Origin: the human T2T-CHM13v2.0 reference genome, Homo sapiens
NCBI RefSeq assembly: GCF_009914755.1
Contig: NC_060929.1
Direction: 5' to 3' (one strand)
DNA: 64,000 nt
A program made the position numbers and the translations under genes. This document shows, one piece after another, positions 40,844-55,744 of this stretch (within the stretch, counting starts at the first letter, position 1; each line of letters opens with the position of its first letter). The notes under the pieces are model-generated. The model worked only from the letters and a program-made list of their open reading frames with translations. It was not told the DNA's origin and ran no database searches.

Positions 40844-41771
40844 ATATATATATATTTAAGTATATATATTTAATATAAATATGTATTAAATATATATTTA
40901 ATATAAATATATATTTAATATATATTAAATATACATTTAATATAAATATATATTTAATATATATTAAATATACATTTAATATAAATATATATTAAATATA
41001 TATTAAATATACATTTAATATAAATATATATTAAATATACATTTAATATAAATATATATTAAATATATATTAAATATACATTTAATATAAATATATATTA
41101 AATATATATTAAATATATATTAAATATACATTTAATATAAATATATATTAAATATATATTAAATATATATTAAATATACATTTAATATAAATATATATTA
41201 AATATATATTAAATATATATTAAATATACATTTAATATAAATATATATTAAATATATATTAAATATACATTTAATATAAATATATATTAAATATACATTT
41301 AATATAAATATATATTAAATATATATTAAATATACATTTAATATAAATATATATTAAATATATATTAAATATACATTTAATATAAATATATATTAAATAT
41401 ACATTTAATATAAATATATATTAAATATATATTAAATATACATTTAATATAAATATATATTAAATATATATTAAATATACATTTAATATAAATTTATATT
41501 AAATATATATTAAATATGCATTCAATATAAATATATATTAAATATGCATTCAATATAAATATATATTAAATATGCATTTAATATATATTTAATATATATT
41601 AATATATATTTAATATATTTATATTAATTATATTTAATATATAAATTATATTTAATATATTAATTATATTTATATTTAATATATAATTATTTATATTTAT
41701 ATTATATATTTTATATATATATTCATTATAAATATATATTTAATATATATTTAATATAAATATATATATTT
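40844..41771. repeat. AT-rich modular minisatellite (17-nt ATACATTTAATATAAAT + 11-nt ATATATTAAAT modules)
   Basis: Direct read; almost no G/C over ~930 bp. Confidence 0.97.
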
Positions 41772-43744
41772 AGCTTTAGTAGTAAAAAAACAAGTAGACT
41801 TTATTGCTCTTATACTTTATAATTCATTTAGGAAAAGAAGGAACACCTTTGCAGCTACTCCTGCTAAGTTACCAAGGGTTTTTTCAATGCTAGTCTTCAC
41901 AATTCATATTCAAATACCAGGAATCCCTAATCCCTTTAAAAATATATGTGTATTTCCAATAATTTCTTATAGGCTCTCAAAAAGTCATTACATTTTGAAG
42001 GTATAATGGAAACAACCTAAACATTAATGCCAAGTAATGAATATAATAGTTCACATATATTAAATAGTTAATACATATGTGCAAGGCATTGTTATATACA
42101 TGTTTATACACGCAAACATACATGTGTGTGTATAAAATCTCAGTGAATCTCCACAAGAATTATTAGAACTAGTAATTAGACCCAGTTGTTCTATTTCTGT
42201 AACGCATGATCGTAAACCATTATAGAATAAACCTTGAAAGCTATCATTTTCAAAGATAATTTTGAAACTTGCCTTGGGCAAGTTAGTAAATAACTGTGCT
42301 CCTTGGTTCCCTCATCTGTGACATGAGTAGAACCTACACTATTACATGAAGGTTTGAGTAGTTAATACGTAGAATATTTTAGTATTTATAGATCTAGAAT
42401 GTAAAAGGGAATTAATAAATTTTAAGGAGAAAAATTAAGAGAAAAAATAGTCTCATTTTCAAGCCTACTAAACATAAGCTGTTTCTTAAATTGAATTTAT
42501 ACATGCAGAATAGGTGGGTTTACTAAAAATTAAGCACCCTTGATTTGAAATTTTAGAAAGGGTAGATTGCTGTTATTTAGAGAATTGCAATGTATTTTAA
42601 TTTGTGAGCAGGATGTCATGGTGTTATTTAGAAACAGTGATAAGAAACTTTTTTTGGCTATTAAAAATGGAAATAGAAAAAAAGAAAGAAAAGCTAAGAG
42701 TAATCATTTAACTCTAACAAGCAGTTTTTAAAAAGTACTTTATTTGATTATCAGCTTCAATTTAAAAGGTTATATATCTGATAAACATAACACAAAGAAA
42801 AAGCTTGATAATTAACAAAATACTCTATAGTATTTCTTTTTTCATCTTTTTCCAAGTCAGATTCTTGCAAGCACTGGGAAATTTGTGTTTATTCAAGATT
42901 TAATGACAATGTTAATGCCACTGTCAATCTGGATTCTTTAGCTAGAAAAGCAAATCTGATTTACATTAACCTGAACACCTTAATAACTAATTAAAATCTC
43001 AGCCTCCTGGCTAAATTCTTAGACATTTATTCTGTTTAACTCAGCAACAAAATATTATTAGTCACTTTCTTTTGAGAAAGGTGAGTCTAATGTATTGGTA
43101 CTATTAGGGCATTTTATAATCTGCAACCCAATCAGCCTTAACAAAAGATTTTGTACTCAGCATGACTCAAATATTTTACACAATAACTTACTGAAAAATA
43201 ATGCCTGCCATTGCATTTGTGCTCTAACATACTGCAGTGATTTTGTGTTTGCAAATACTTATCCAGGTCACATGTTTGCTTGAAAAAATGTAAAACAAAA
43301 AATGCATATAGATTATTAAAGAAATCCTCCCAAGTTTGTTCACATATATTAGATCCTAAAACTAAATAGGTTAGTGTTTTTTTTTTCTGAACTAAAATAG
43401 ATTAACAGAATATATTAACTGAAGTAACTTTGTCCTATTATTTATAATTCTTATTAGACACATGTAATTGAGCCTATGACTGAGCATGAAGACTCTATAA
43501 AGGACATCGATCAAGTATACAATATAATTTTCTTTAATTTTGATCTGAAAGACTTAATAGAAAGACTGAAATCCTGTTAAAAAATTGATTACATTTCTAC
43601 TGGATTTGGGAAATATGTAGCATCAGTAATAAAGTACTTAATGATCATTTATTGTGTTTGGTGTATGATTTATTATATCCCCATTTTTTATAACCCTCAA
43701 AGTATTTGCAAAATTAATAGAACTTTCTTAAGAATATAGTGACT

Positions 43745-44063
<319 letters not shown>

Positions 44064-44399
44064 ATATAGTGACTGTCCTCAAAATCCACTTAATAAGTTG
44101 ATAGCCTCAAATTTATATTTCACCTACTCCTCCAAAATAATTATCTGTAAATCACAGAATTCAAGGAAAGAGATGGCTTACAAAAGGAAGTATGACTTCT
44201 CATGTTAAATGCTGATGAGAGCCCCGGTAAAGTTATGAGTGGTTGTATATAAGTAACACTCTTAGAAATCATGATTTTCATAAAATGTCACTTCAGCAAA
44301 ATGACCGGGTCAAAATCAATGTGGAAAAAATGGGTTTTATAGGTTGACAAATCTGTTGGTTTGTTTACTGAATTTTTAAATTAGGTAGCTACTCTAGTT

Positions 44400-45365
44400 T
44401 TCCTTATTCATATATTCATATTACACTATGTGTCAGGCAGCTATTTTGGTGTGGCATATACAGTGATGTTATGGTGGTAAGCAATTGTAGATATAAGCAG
44501 CATAGAGTCTCACATGGAAGACTGCCATCAACCTAGAATCTTTCCAATCTTGAATTGTACTTGTGCTGAGAGCTAGATACAGTGCTGAGAGAATTTATAA
44601 TAGGGCTATCATATTGCCAGATACCAGGAAGTTTCCTCTGAAGAAGTGTATATTTTAAAAGAGGTTTTAGGACTTAAATATGGTGGTACCTGAAGAAAGG
44701 TTAAGTATATAAGTATATATGAAAAGTGAACTTCTTGGATGAGTCTTAACGTTGTTAGTTTCCATAGCAGCATGGATGCCAGTGCCACTCAGCAAAAAAA
44801 GAAAATGGCGGAAATTAACCACATTTGTCGGAGACTATGAGTTTAGTTTTGTATGTGTGTTGCATGAAATGTTTCAGTATAAACACAAAGGAAGTAAAGT
44901 CCAGAAATATATGATCTTATGTTCACTAGGTATCTGGCTTCAGGAATTATATTGGAGATTCATCTGCATATAAGTGGTGATTGAATCTTTGGGTGTGGAG
45001 AAGTTTTCTGAAAGAGAAAACCACCTAAGAAGTGGAAGTCTTCTACTTCCTAGGACCTGGGGCAGGTATTAAAGAACTTCAACAAGGAAGAGAAAAAGTA
45101 TGAAGAGAAGAGAGGTAGATGAAAAATGGAAAAAAAAAAAAAAAAAACCTTTAAAGGACAGTTCTCAGTAGTTACCAGTGTTGAATGTCCATGAGAGGTC
45201 TAGTAAAAAAGAACTGATTTTGCTGTTGGTGGTGGTGATGTAAGATATGGCTTTGATGATATGCCCTTAGAGAGTATTTCAGCAGAATGAAGCCAGACTG
45301 GAATGTAGTGTATAAGCAGTGAGAAAATGAATACAGTGAGCTTGAAGCACTCTTTCAAAAAGTTG
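44400..45365 (-). mobile_element. L2 fragments
   Basis: cactatgtgtcaggca; ggaagtttcctctgaagaagtg; atgagtttagttttgtatgtgt; catctgcatataagtggtgattgaa. Confidence 0.6.
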
Positions 45366-45688
45366 GGCTGGGCATGGTGGCTCACACCTGTAATCCTAGC
45401 ACTTTGGGAGGATGAGGTGGGAGGATCACTTGAGGTCAAGAGTTTGAGATCAGCCTGGTCAACATAGCTAAACCCCATCTCTCCAAAAAGAATAAAAAAT
45501 AAAATTAGCTGGGTGTGGTGGCATGCACCTGTAATTCTAGCTACCTTGGAGACCGAGGTGGGAGGATTGTTTTAGACCAGGTGTTCAAGGCTGCAGTGAG
45601 CTATGATCATGCTCCTGTACTCCAGCATGGGTGACAGGGCGAGACTCTGTCTAAAAAAAAATTAAATAAATAAATAATTTAAAAAAAA
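45366..45688 (+). mobile_element. AluJ
   Basis: ggaggatcacttgag; gttcaaggctgcagtgagctatgatc. Confidence 0.92.
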
Positions 45689-46978
45689 GAAGCTTAATGA
45701 TACATGGGTGCATAATGTATCATGGTACTATATGGAGCTATAACCTGGAAAGAGAAATGGAGCCCCCGAGGCTGCTTTAGTTTTATTAGATGAAGCTCTT
45801 CTTTTACATAATTTGATAGAAATGTATTGAGTTTAATAGAAAAAAAGTTAAATTGACACAAAGGAGAGGTCTATTTGCAATGTAAGTATATGTTTGTATA
45901 TCAATGCATAGATAAAATAATTCATTTTTAAGGTACATAAGAAACAGGTGCTTTGTAATAACAAAAGTGATGATAGTTTTCAAAATCAATTGGTTTTAAA
46001 TTTATATTTTGAATGTAAAACCATTAAAATATTAAGTTACTGGCTTTCTCTAAAATACCTGTTAAGAGTGAGTATGTGTTCGATGGTGGTGGTGAAAGTA
46101 GGAATTCTGATAGTATTTGAGGAAAATAGAGAAAAATTAGTATGATTTTGCAGGCAGTGGGAAAGGGGAAGTCAAAGACACACTGTGGGATTGCTGATAG
46201 TTTTGTAGATCTGTTTGAGAGTGTCATCAATCATTTCAAGCAAATGTAATAGATAAAATGATGCCGTAGAGTCAGAGGCACAATGAAGGAACAAAAAAAA
46301 CATAAAGAATATAGAAACTTATGGATTTAATGGCACAGATGAGTTCTTCCCCCAGGATCATAATTATTTAGAACTCAGAGCTTATTTTCTAATACAAATT
46401 TGATATTTTATAATAATACATATCTGTCTAAACTGCATTTTAATCAACATAAACATGTAATAGCAATTTTTTTAGTTAAGTGATACAGTTATATTTCCTT
46501 TACATAATTATTTCCATTTTTTTCTAGAGTTGATATTTGTCTCATATTTTTATTTTCTTTGATGTATTCAAAATCTAGGATTAATCTTTCTGCCCCTCCA
46601 GTGCATTTGTACATCTCCACTTAATCTTGCATTCTAAATGGCTAAATATAATTTTTATCTTTTTTCATGAGGCAGCTTTCAGGAAGCCTTCTCTTACCTT
46701 AATTGAATCAGGACTCTTTATTTTCAGCAAGTTTTGATACATTTGATACTCCTGGATTCTCCATTGCCTCTCTTCCGTTGGATTCATACTTGGGAAATTC
46801 TATGTTTTGTTTTCTGCTTATTCCCCTATTTTGCTGGGGTATGTTTTCAGAGTAAGTTAATCAGGGTACATACAGTAATAATTTTTTAGGTCTGTCGGTC
46901 TAAAGCTATCCATTGGATTTCTATTTGATTCAGGAGCTTTGTTGAAGGTGCATCTTGAACAAAGAAGGACTGTTCTTT

Positions 46979-46980
<2 letters not shown>

Positions 46981-47018
<38 letters not shown>
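46981..47018. repeat. (TG)19 microsatellite
   Basis: Direct read. Confidence 0.97.
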
Positions 47019-47021
<3 letters not shown>

Positions 47022-48005
47022 CACTTAACCATGTAATTATAGTTCTATTCTAGGATTCTCTGCTTTGTTCCACTAATCTATCTATCCTTACTCAAATTTC
47101 GCTCTGTTTTTATAATGTCTTAAACATATATTGTAAGCCCTCCATATTTGTACTGCTTTTAAAAGATCATTTTGTAATTATGAGTCTATTTCTATATATT
47201 TAACACATTTTAGAATCAACTTGTCAATTCATGGAAGAAACAGTTTGCTGAGATTATGACTAGAATTGCGCTAAGTCTTCGGATCAATTTGGGAAACTGC
47301 AAGGAAGAAAAGACATTCCCAGGCTGCGATTTAATCAAGGAATGCACAATATTTTCTGAGTTAGATTTCAGAATTTCCAGTGACCCCTTTCTGGTTTCCA
47401 TTTCCCCATTTTTGAACAAACATTTCTGTAACAGGTATGCATTTCCTTCTACGTCGTATGTAGGATAGAGGCAGTAAATTTGACTTTATAATTTCACAGA
47501 TCTAAAGATGGAGGGAATGTACTCAAGAAATTTCAACAAAGCATCCTCAGCAAGCTTGACCCCTGTGCTTCATGCCTTTCCCATTGACAAAATACATCCA
47601 CCTCCCAAGGCGTTCAAGAGTCCCATCCTATTATAGCATCATCTCAAAGCTGCATGGATTTTTCAGTGTCTTTGAATTATATAAACGGGATTAGACTTTA
47701 ATTGTAATTTCTCATAACAATATTGAATCTAAGGTTGTAACTCTTCAAAAAGGTGTGTGAAGTTTATATGGCCATTAGGATGGCTTGGTTTTAGCTTGTT
47801 TATCCCAACCTCTTCAGCACTCAATAATATAGTGGCTCTCCACCCCTAATTTGAAAAATGTATATTGAAAGAACTTGTTAATCATACTTCGATTTTTAAA
47901 ATGATATATTCTGTATACTTTTGTTATTACATATAAAAATAGAAACATTATATATTATATATAATAGCAAAATATGTGTGTGTGTGTTATACATATATAT
48001 GATAC

Positions 48006-48426
48006 TGACTTAGTCCACTTGTTTTGCTATAAAGGAACACTTGAGAATGGGTAATTTATAAAGAAAAGAGATTTATTTGACTTGCAGTTCTGCAGGCTGT
48101 ATGAAAAGCATGGCATCAGCATCTGCTTCTGGTGAGGTACTCAGGCTGCTTCTGCTGATGGCAGAAGGTGAAGGGGAGTAGGTGTGTGCAACGATCACAT
48201 GGTGAGAGGAAGATAGCAAGAGAAAGAGAAGGAATGTGCCAGGCTCGTTTTAACAATCAGCTCTCATGGGAACTAATAGAGCAAGAACTCACTCATTATC
48301 TTGAGATCAGCACCAAGCCTTCATAAGGGACCTGCTCCCATGATCCAAACATTAGGTCCCATCTCCAACACTGGGGATCAAAACCCAACATGAGGTGTTG
48401 AGGGGTTAAATATCTAAACCATACCA
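48006..48426 (-). mobile_element. MSTB1-type MaLR solo LTR
   Basis: gctataaaggaacacttgagaatgggtaatttataaagaaaagag...aaaccatacca; near-TSD GATAC/AATAC. Confidence 0.88.
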
Positions 48427-50399
48427 AATACTTACTCAGGTTTTAATCATTATTTTAAAACAAAGATTATGCTTTATCTTCTCTATTACATCATTCAAAT
48501 ATATAAATGGAATTTTTATAATAATGTGAGTAGGAATTTGGAATGAAAATAGCTTAAATGCCATAAAACATTTTCTTTTAAATATGCCATGAGACTACAG
48601 TGAAGAGCCTCACAATGTTTATTTTTATTCACAGAAAGTCAAATTTTAAGATTTTCTCAGTTTATTTATTTAAAATTTTCACATTCATAATAGTAATTTG
48701 TTTTAAATGTTTATTGCCATGAGATAATGATTAAAGCTATAAACTAATATACAAATGAAAAAATAATGGCTATGTGCTCATAAGACTAGCATATTTATCA
48801 AAGTAGAGATGGAGAGCAAACATATAAATGAATGAAAAATATATGTTATTATATTAGAGTTACTTTGGTTTTTATTTGAAAACAAACTCATTGTTACTTA
48901 AAATCAAAATGCAAATCAAAATGTACTTTTGAAATGGACTTTTTTTTTGAATATTAGATCTACTTGGAGAATATTAACTTTGCCCACTTTAATGGAACAA
49001 TATTAGGTTTTAAAAATAATTGTCCTGTAGAAACTGAAAATAAGAAATTTATTTGGCTATTAATTTGCCTAAGGATAAATTCTTGGTTTTGCTTTTATCA
49101 TTAAAAAAAGTTAATCTATTCCGCATTTCCATTTATAGTTTCAAACACAATTCCAAAATGAAGTTTAAGTTTTTCTGCCTCATGCTCATTAAAAGCAATG
49201 AAACCTCTGGCTGTTTTATGAAAAAATTATTTAAGAGTTAGGAAGCTGCAAGCCAGTTAAAATGCTTTGCTTAAATATTTTGAAGATTCTCAGTTAAAAT
49301 AGTTCTAATGTTACATGAAGCTCTCTTTAGAACTTATTGCTTGTGTAGAATGAAGAAGTAGGGAAATATCAACCCAAAGGAAATAACTGTAATGGAAAAA
49401 AGGGAACCTTTCCCCCAAAGGCTTAGAGACTCTTATACCATTTCCCAAGCCTTCTTAAAACAGATTTCCTCCAAAATGAAAGGAAAATCTCTCTTATAAT
49501 GCTACACAGAAGACAGAAAACAATTTATAAAATCCAAACCCAAAAGTGAACTTAAAACACTAAATTCTCTACATAAATACACAATGCCATCCATGGTCTT
49601 AATTTGATTCACCTATTGTTGCTTATATTGTATTTGTTCTATATTTATAGCCTATTGCTCAGTCACATCAAACCACATTGTGTTGTGACTATATTCCTTA
49701 GTGTTTTTTTCTACTATGTCTTTGAAAATAAAGAGCTACTTATTTCCACTTTCTCCTAAAATTCTAAAATTTTAACAGAGTTGCATGGATACAAAGAAAG
49801 TCAATGAATGGGCATAAAATGCCTGATTAATTTCTTAAAACTCTATATAAATTGTTACATATCTTCATATAAGTGTTCTCAAGAAAGTTTTCTTAAGCTT
49901 CTTTAAATTGTTAAAAAGGTCCTGAAACACAAAATCATTATCACTAACTTACGTTTGCTTATTAAGTTTCAAATCTGTAGAATGTATATTAAGCACATTT
50001 TGGTTTAATAAAAATATTTATTTCTTACCACATTATTCTCAGGTCTAGCATATCACGTGATACATGGAAGTGGTTGGTATGTATTTATTGAATGTTAAAA
50101 TAAACAAACAAACAAGCCCCACAGTTTTGGACACTGAAGCCTAAATAGATTAACTCAATTGCTCAAGCTCACTGAAGCCAACGTGTGCAAGTTAAGACAT
50201 GCATTTCTGGTCTGTCTGATATAATCACCAAATGGAAACATTTAATGTTCCAAAGTACTAAAAAACGCTTGAGACTTCAAGATGTCTATTGTGTTGCTTT
50301 CACAAAGAAATATTATCTGGCCTCTACCTTTTCCTCGACCCGAGTTAGGTTATCCCTTTACCTTCACAAATCTCCATCATAGCATAATCTATTGCAACT

Positions 50400-50545
50400 T
50401 GCAGTACAGTTTGCTAATCCCCACGGTATAACTACTTCTACCAAGGCTGATTTTCAGCTATTAATGTGATGTCATGGGACACAGAGTTCAGAAGAAAAGA
50501 ACATGGGGGGTTCAATCCAGCTGATAGTAGCTGGGTCTAGTACAT
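50400..50545 (-). mobile_element. MER63-like hAT element fragment
   Basis: gtttgctaat..gctgattttcagcta..aatgtgatgtca matches remembered MER63. Confidence 0.5.
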
Positions 50546-50753
50546 AAGTTCAGTCTTCTTGATTTCCACCAATGGACTGGTATGACTTGATTCTCCAATA
50601 GGTTAGTACTTTATTTAGTTCAAAATAGATATTTATCAATTGGGTGAGAATATAAAGTAGGTAAATTTTGAGGCATATTTCTCATATTTAAAACAAGAAA
50701 TAATAGCAGGCATATCAGGACATTTAGGTTTAAATATCAATTTTGTGTGTGTG

Positions 50754-51309
50754 TGTGGTAGGCTTAATTCAAAAGATGTCACAAGATTCTTGACTAGGGT
50801 TTATTCATTGAAACACTACTCCAAGCACTACTGTAAAGGGGCATTGAAGATGAAAAGATAAATTAACATTTAAAATTAGATAACATTAAAATAGGCAGAC
50901 TATGCTGGCTTATTCAGGTGAGCTCAGAGAAATCACAGGGGCTGGTAAAAGCAGAAAAGGAAAACAGAAGAGTCAACCAGAAATATAAAAAGCATATGGA
51001 GAATTAAGGAGCAATCGAGATAGTCTTAAATGTGAGCTATCCAGAGGATACAAACAGTCTTTAGAAGAATAATCCTCTTGCAGTGGTCAGCAAGGAAATA
51101 TAGACCCCGGTGCTAAAACTGCATGAAAATGAATTTGGCCAACACCCTGAATGAGACTGGAAGTAGATTCTCCCTAGAGTCCCCAGATAAGAACTTCAAA
51201 TGACTGACACCAAACTCTGACACACAAAATTGTAGGACATTAAATAAGTGTTGTTTTAAGTTGCTAAATTTGTGATAAATTTGTTACAGCATTACAGAAT
51301 AGCAATATA
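50754..51309 (+). mobile_element. MLT1D/E-type MaLR LTR
   Basis: TGTGGTAGGC start; cagcaaggaaat..ggccaacaccctgaatgagactggaagtagattctccc; ttgttttaagttgctaaatttgtg. Confidence 0.8.
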
Positions 51310-53917
51310 GTGGGTGTGGAGAGACAAAACTTCCTGTAATGCCTTTGAAAGTTGTATAGAGAAGTGACAAAGTGAAAAATACATACCTGGATTTCACTAG
51401 GGCTGGCAATCCAAGCCTTTCAGCAGCAGGAGGAGCAGCTGCACGTAAAACCAACTTTCTTTTTCTTTCATGAGGTAGCAATCATGAGTCATTTATGGGT
51501 AAGGCTGAAGATGAATGTTCCGAGTCCTATAAAAACAAATTCTTTGCGTTTACCAAGTTAATATGTTGCACCGCTCCCCACTCACTTTTTCCTTTGAAAA
51601 ATTATTAAACTAATTTCAGTCTTCATTTGTAAATTAAAGTTACTTATCTACCTTGATTGTTTAAAGAATGACTGTTAAAATTTGTGTTCAGTCCACTGGT
51701 CATAGACTGAAACTAAATAAGGTAAAACATAATGACATGCATAATGAGTGAAACACAAGATAATCGTCTTAATGTGAGATGGGGAAGGTTGTTTATTTTC
51801 TAATCTGATATTTTAAAATATTATCTTAATTAGATTTTAAATTGCTAATGTGTATCTTATGTTTTGATGTGGATAGATATAAATAAGAACAGCAATACAA
51901 AAACATACACATATTTTGGGTTTTTAAAAGACAAAAAAAGGATCTTATATCCCTTAAAATATATCACCTACCATATACATGGTAATTATGATGGGTAAAA
52001 CTTTTATGTTTCAATTAGGATTGCTAAAATTAAAATATAACTAGGAAAGATTTTATAATAAAGTATGGACCAATCTTTTTTTTCAAAAAGTAACTCTATA
52101 AAGGGGATTAGAGTCAAACGAGCATAAAACCAGAATATCAGATATTCCCATTAAGTAATATTCTCAGAATATTTATTCATAAATATACATTGACTGAGAG
52201 ATTAACAAGCTGTTATAGGATTTCTGCACTGAAATTCTAGGATGCTGGCTACTGAAGTGATTAAAAAACAAGTACTAGCTTTATTTCCTATTCTCAATAA
52301 TATTATGATTTAATTAGAGAAGGCTGACTAATGCACATGAGATAATTAGCAAGTAATGAAAAACAGTATGAATTCGTATGATAAATGTGGAACCAACGTT
52401 ATTCAAGAGCACTGTTTTATCTAAAACTAATAATATAAACACCCTTTGAAGAAAAGACAACGACAAAAAAATAAAACAGCAAATGACCAAAGGAGAGGAG
52501 ATATATGTAACTATTATAATTTCAGGCATAAATAAGTTCTTATCATAGCTTCTTCACTTTGCTTTTAAGTATCTGAGCCCCTTCTGTTAGAACTAGTATT
52601 ACAGTAATTACTATTTTTATTCTCTGTAGTCTTTTTCTGAATGTTCATATGGATTTTTGGGCTTCTGTTTACATAACATTCTGTCTGAGAAAAAAATAGG
52701 TTTCATTACTAAAAAGAAATTTTATGCAATGATTAGGTTTTCAAAAATACTGTTCAATGTTGTCCTTGTATTTTGAACAAATTAATCAGTTTCTACTCAA
52801 AGAGAGAAGCCTCTATTATTCACATACAATCAGATCAAGTATAATTGTTATGTGACTGTGAAAAGAAACCCACACATCTTTTAGATTGCAGGATATGTAA
52901 AACAGGCTCTGATGCTTATTATAACGAATAAAAGACATAGGCAATAATTTGTTTTTAATTTTTGTTTCATAACATGATGAATGGCTGATAGAAAACATAA
53001 CATTTCTTTTGGTTTATCAGGGACAAAACAACTATAACAATATATAATATTCTTAATTTTAAAAAATCTAGTAACAGCCATCCTTACTTTATGGTTTTTC
53101 TTCTTACCCATCTTTTTTCTTTTGATTTACTCAAGAACTAAATCTATGAAGCGCAAGAGGCACTCATATCCCTATTTTGGTCTGATTACATTTTCATTAT
53201 CCCTTGATTCCTTGTTTGTCACAAAATCTGTGAATTATAATTTGGCTTCTCATTTAGTTTTCTCTCTAGGGAGAAAATATGCTGACCAGAAGAAGTCTGT
53301 ATTTAGTCTTGTTGGCAGTTGTATTTAATATCAACGCTCCCCCAATTAACTTTCTGGCACAGAAGTTGCTCTATCTTAAATTGGGTTTATAAAAGATACT
53401 ATTATTAAGTTTATTCAATCTTGAGAGTTAAAATAATCATATTTTTGGTTTTATAAATGTAAGAAACAAACATTCAAATATAATAAACTTAAGGGTTTTA
53501 TTCCAGTCCTGCCAAATAAACAGATGACCCTCTTCTGATGGCACTCCGTTTTCTTGAATTTACATTTTAAACAAAATATAAACTTTAAAAAAAATTTTCC
53601 AAACCTGCACCTTCCTAGTCTCTGTTTCAGGAATATTATCGTTTTGCTTAAATACTTAATGAGTTACAATGGTTAACTTGATTTCTCTTTTCTATTTAAA
53701 ACTATATTCAATGTATTAGTTATGTCAATTACGACATCAAAATTTAGCATTAATTTGTCCCTTTCTGTTTGTCTATTCTGCCATCATGCTAATTCATGCC
53801 AAAAGCATCTTTCCAATAGAGACTATATCAACATGCTAAGAGGAGTTAAACTTCCATTTTGGTACATACTCATTTTCATTTTCTATACAATTCTGAAAAT
53901 GTTTCCTTAAAAATTAT

Positions 53918-54210
53918 AGGCATGAGCAGTGGCTCATGCCTATAATTATTACACTTGGGAGGCGGAAGCAGAGGCATCGCTTAAGGCCAGGAATTTGATA
54001 CAAGACTGGACAAGACCCGGTCTCTACAAAATTTAAAAAAAAAATTAGCTGGGCATGGTGGCTCACTCCTGTAGTCCTGTCTATTAGAGAGGCTGAGGAG
54101 GGAGGATCACTTGAATCCAGGAGTTTGAGGCTGCAGTGAGCTAGGATTTTGTCACTGAACTCCAACCTGTGCTACAAAGTAAAACACTGTCTCTAAAAGA
54201 TAAAATAAAA
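53918..54210 (+). mobile_element. AluJ (degenerate)
   Basis: gaggatcacttgaatccaggagtttgaggctgcagtgagcta. Confidence 0.88.
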
Positions 54211-54294
54211 ATGTAAAACTTAAAATGATACACTTCTGATTACCCAATGGTATCTCATTGGAAATTGAATAAAACCCATTCTGCTCAGCATACC

Positions 54295-54660
54295 TGTTTC
54301 ATTCTGTTTTGGCTACTGTAACAAAACATTATAGACTGAGTGGCATGGAAGCAACAGAAATGTATTTCTCACAGTTTTTGAGACTGGAAAGTCCAAGATT
54401 AAGGCACCAGCAGATTCTCTGTCGGGTGAGGGCCTACTTTCTAGTGCACAGATAATGCCGTCTTCTGAGTCTTTACATAGGGAAAGGAGTGAGGGATTAT
54501 TCTAGGGTGTCTTTTATAAGCCCACTAATCCCCGTTCATAAGGATTCTCTTCTCATGACCTAATCATCTTCCAAAATTCTCATCTCCTGATACCATAACC
54601 TTGGGTATTAGAATTGTAACGCATGAATTTTAAGGGGACATAAAGATTCAAATCATAGCA
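54295..54660 (-). mobile_element. MLT1A0-type MaLR LTR
   Basis: aacagaaatgtatttctcacag..aagtccaagattaaggcaccagcagatt; near-TSD ATACC/ATACT. Confidence 0.85.
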
Positions 54661-54956
54661 ATACTCTAAAAAATACTTCTTTAACTTTGCAAATATATCT
54701 CCTTGCTTAATTTGCATTAGTTTTACTAGACATTTTATCCTTCAAATTGCCAAATATTTTTATACCACAAGGTTTTATTAATATTCCACCTATCCAGCAG
54801 AAATTTCCCGTATAATTTTTTAGTTCAGAGGAATAAAATATAATCTATGTTCTGATTGCTTACTATCTAGTAGACATCTGAAACACTACAGATTTCAATG
54901 ATATAATGGCAAAGTTAATACTAGAGGTGTGAGAAGTTGGCTTAGCTAGAGGTGTG

Positions 54957-55744
54957 AGAGTCTTGCTTATATCTTTGTCCCAAAATTTTCTGATTTCCTT
55001 AAGTAGAAGATCTCTCTTCCTAATTTTATTACTACCTACCACATTCCCACCTAGGCCTTTAACCCATTGCATGTGGCTACTCAGACGTGTATTTGAGAAA
55101 GAGCTGTGAGAGGTGTGAGAAGTTGGTTATCGAAATGCAGTGTAACATATCTAATACAGGCTGGGGAAAGATCTTCAGTAATTACAAATATATAAGTGTA
55201 AATAGTACATCAACTATTTCAAATCCTCAAAGCACATCAGCTTTGAGGATTAACAGTTTGTTAAACTTTCTGCTAAGGATTATATTCCTTTCTCCAACAC
55301 ACTTTTTTTTCTGGACAGGGTCTTACTCTGGTTGCACAGACTGAAGTGCAGTGGCATGACCACAGCTCACTGCAGCCTCGACTTCCTAGGCTTAGATGTT
55401 CCTCCCACCCTAGCCTCCCAAGAAGCTGGGACTACAGGCACGTGCCACAATGCCTGGTTAATTTTTGCATTTTTAGTGGAGACAGGATTTCACAATGTTG
55501 CCCAGGCGGGTTTTGAACCCCTGGACTCAAACAATGCACCCACCTTGGCCTCCCAAAGTGCTGATATTACAGGCATGAGCTACTTCCCCAGGCCCTTTCT
55601 CAAATACACTTCTGAGTAGCCACATGCAATGGGTTAAAGGCCTAGTTGGGAATGTGGTAGGTAGTAATAAAAATAAGAACAGAGATCTTCTATTTAAGGA
55701 AATCAGAAAATTTTGAGACAAAGGTATAAGCTAAGCAAGACTCT
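54957..55744. repeat. Inverted duplication of unique DNA: arms 54957-55101 and 55595-55744
   Basis: Manual alignment: 8 substitutions plus one 5-nt indel over ~145 nt. Confidence 0.95.
55304..55594 (-). mobile_element. AluJ
   Basis: cacagctcactgcagcctcgac; degenerate TSD CTTTCTCCAACACACT/CTTTCTCAAATACACT. Confidence 0.9.

Noticed and set aside
54923-55126. CRISPR-like repeat-spacer pattern
   Set aside because: Only 2-3 irregularly spaced short copies in human DNA; explained by a template-switch duplication.
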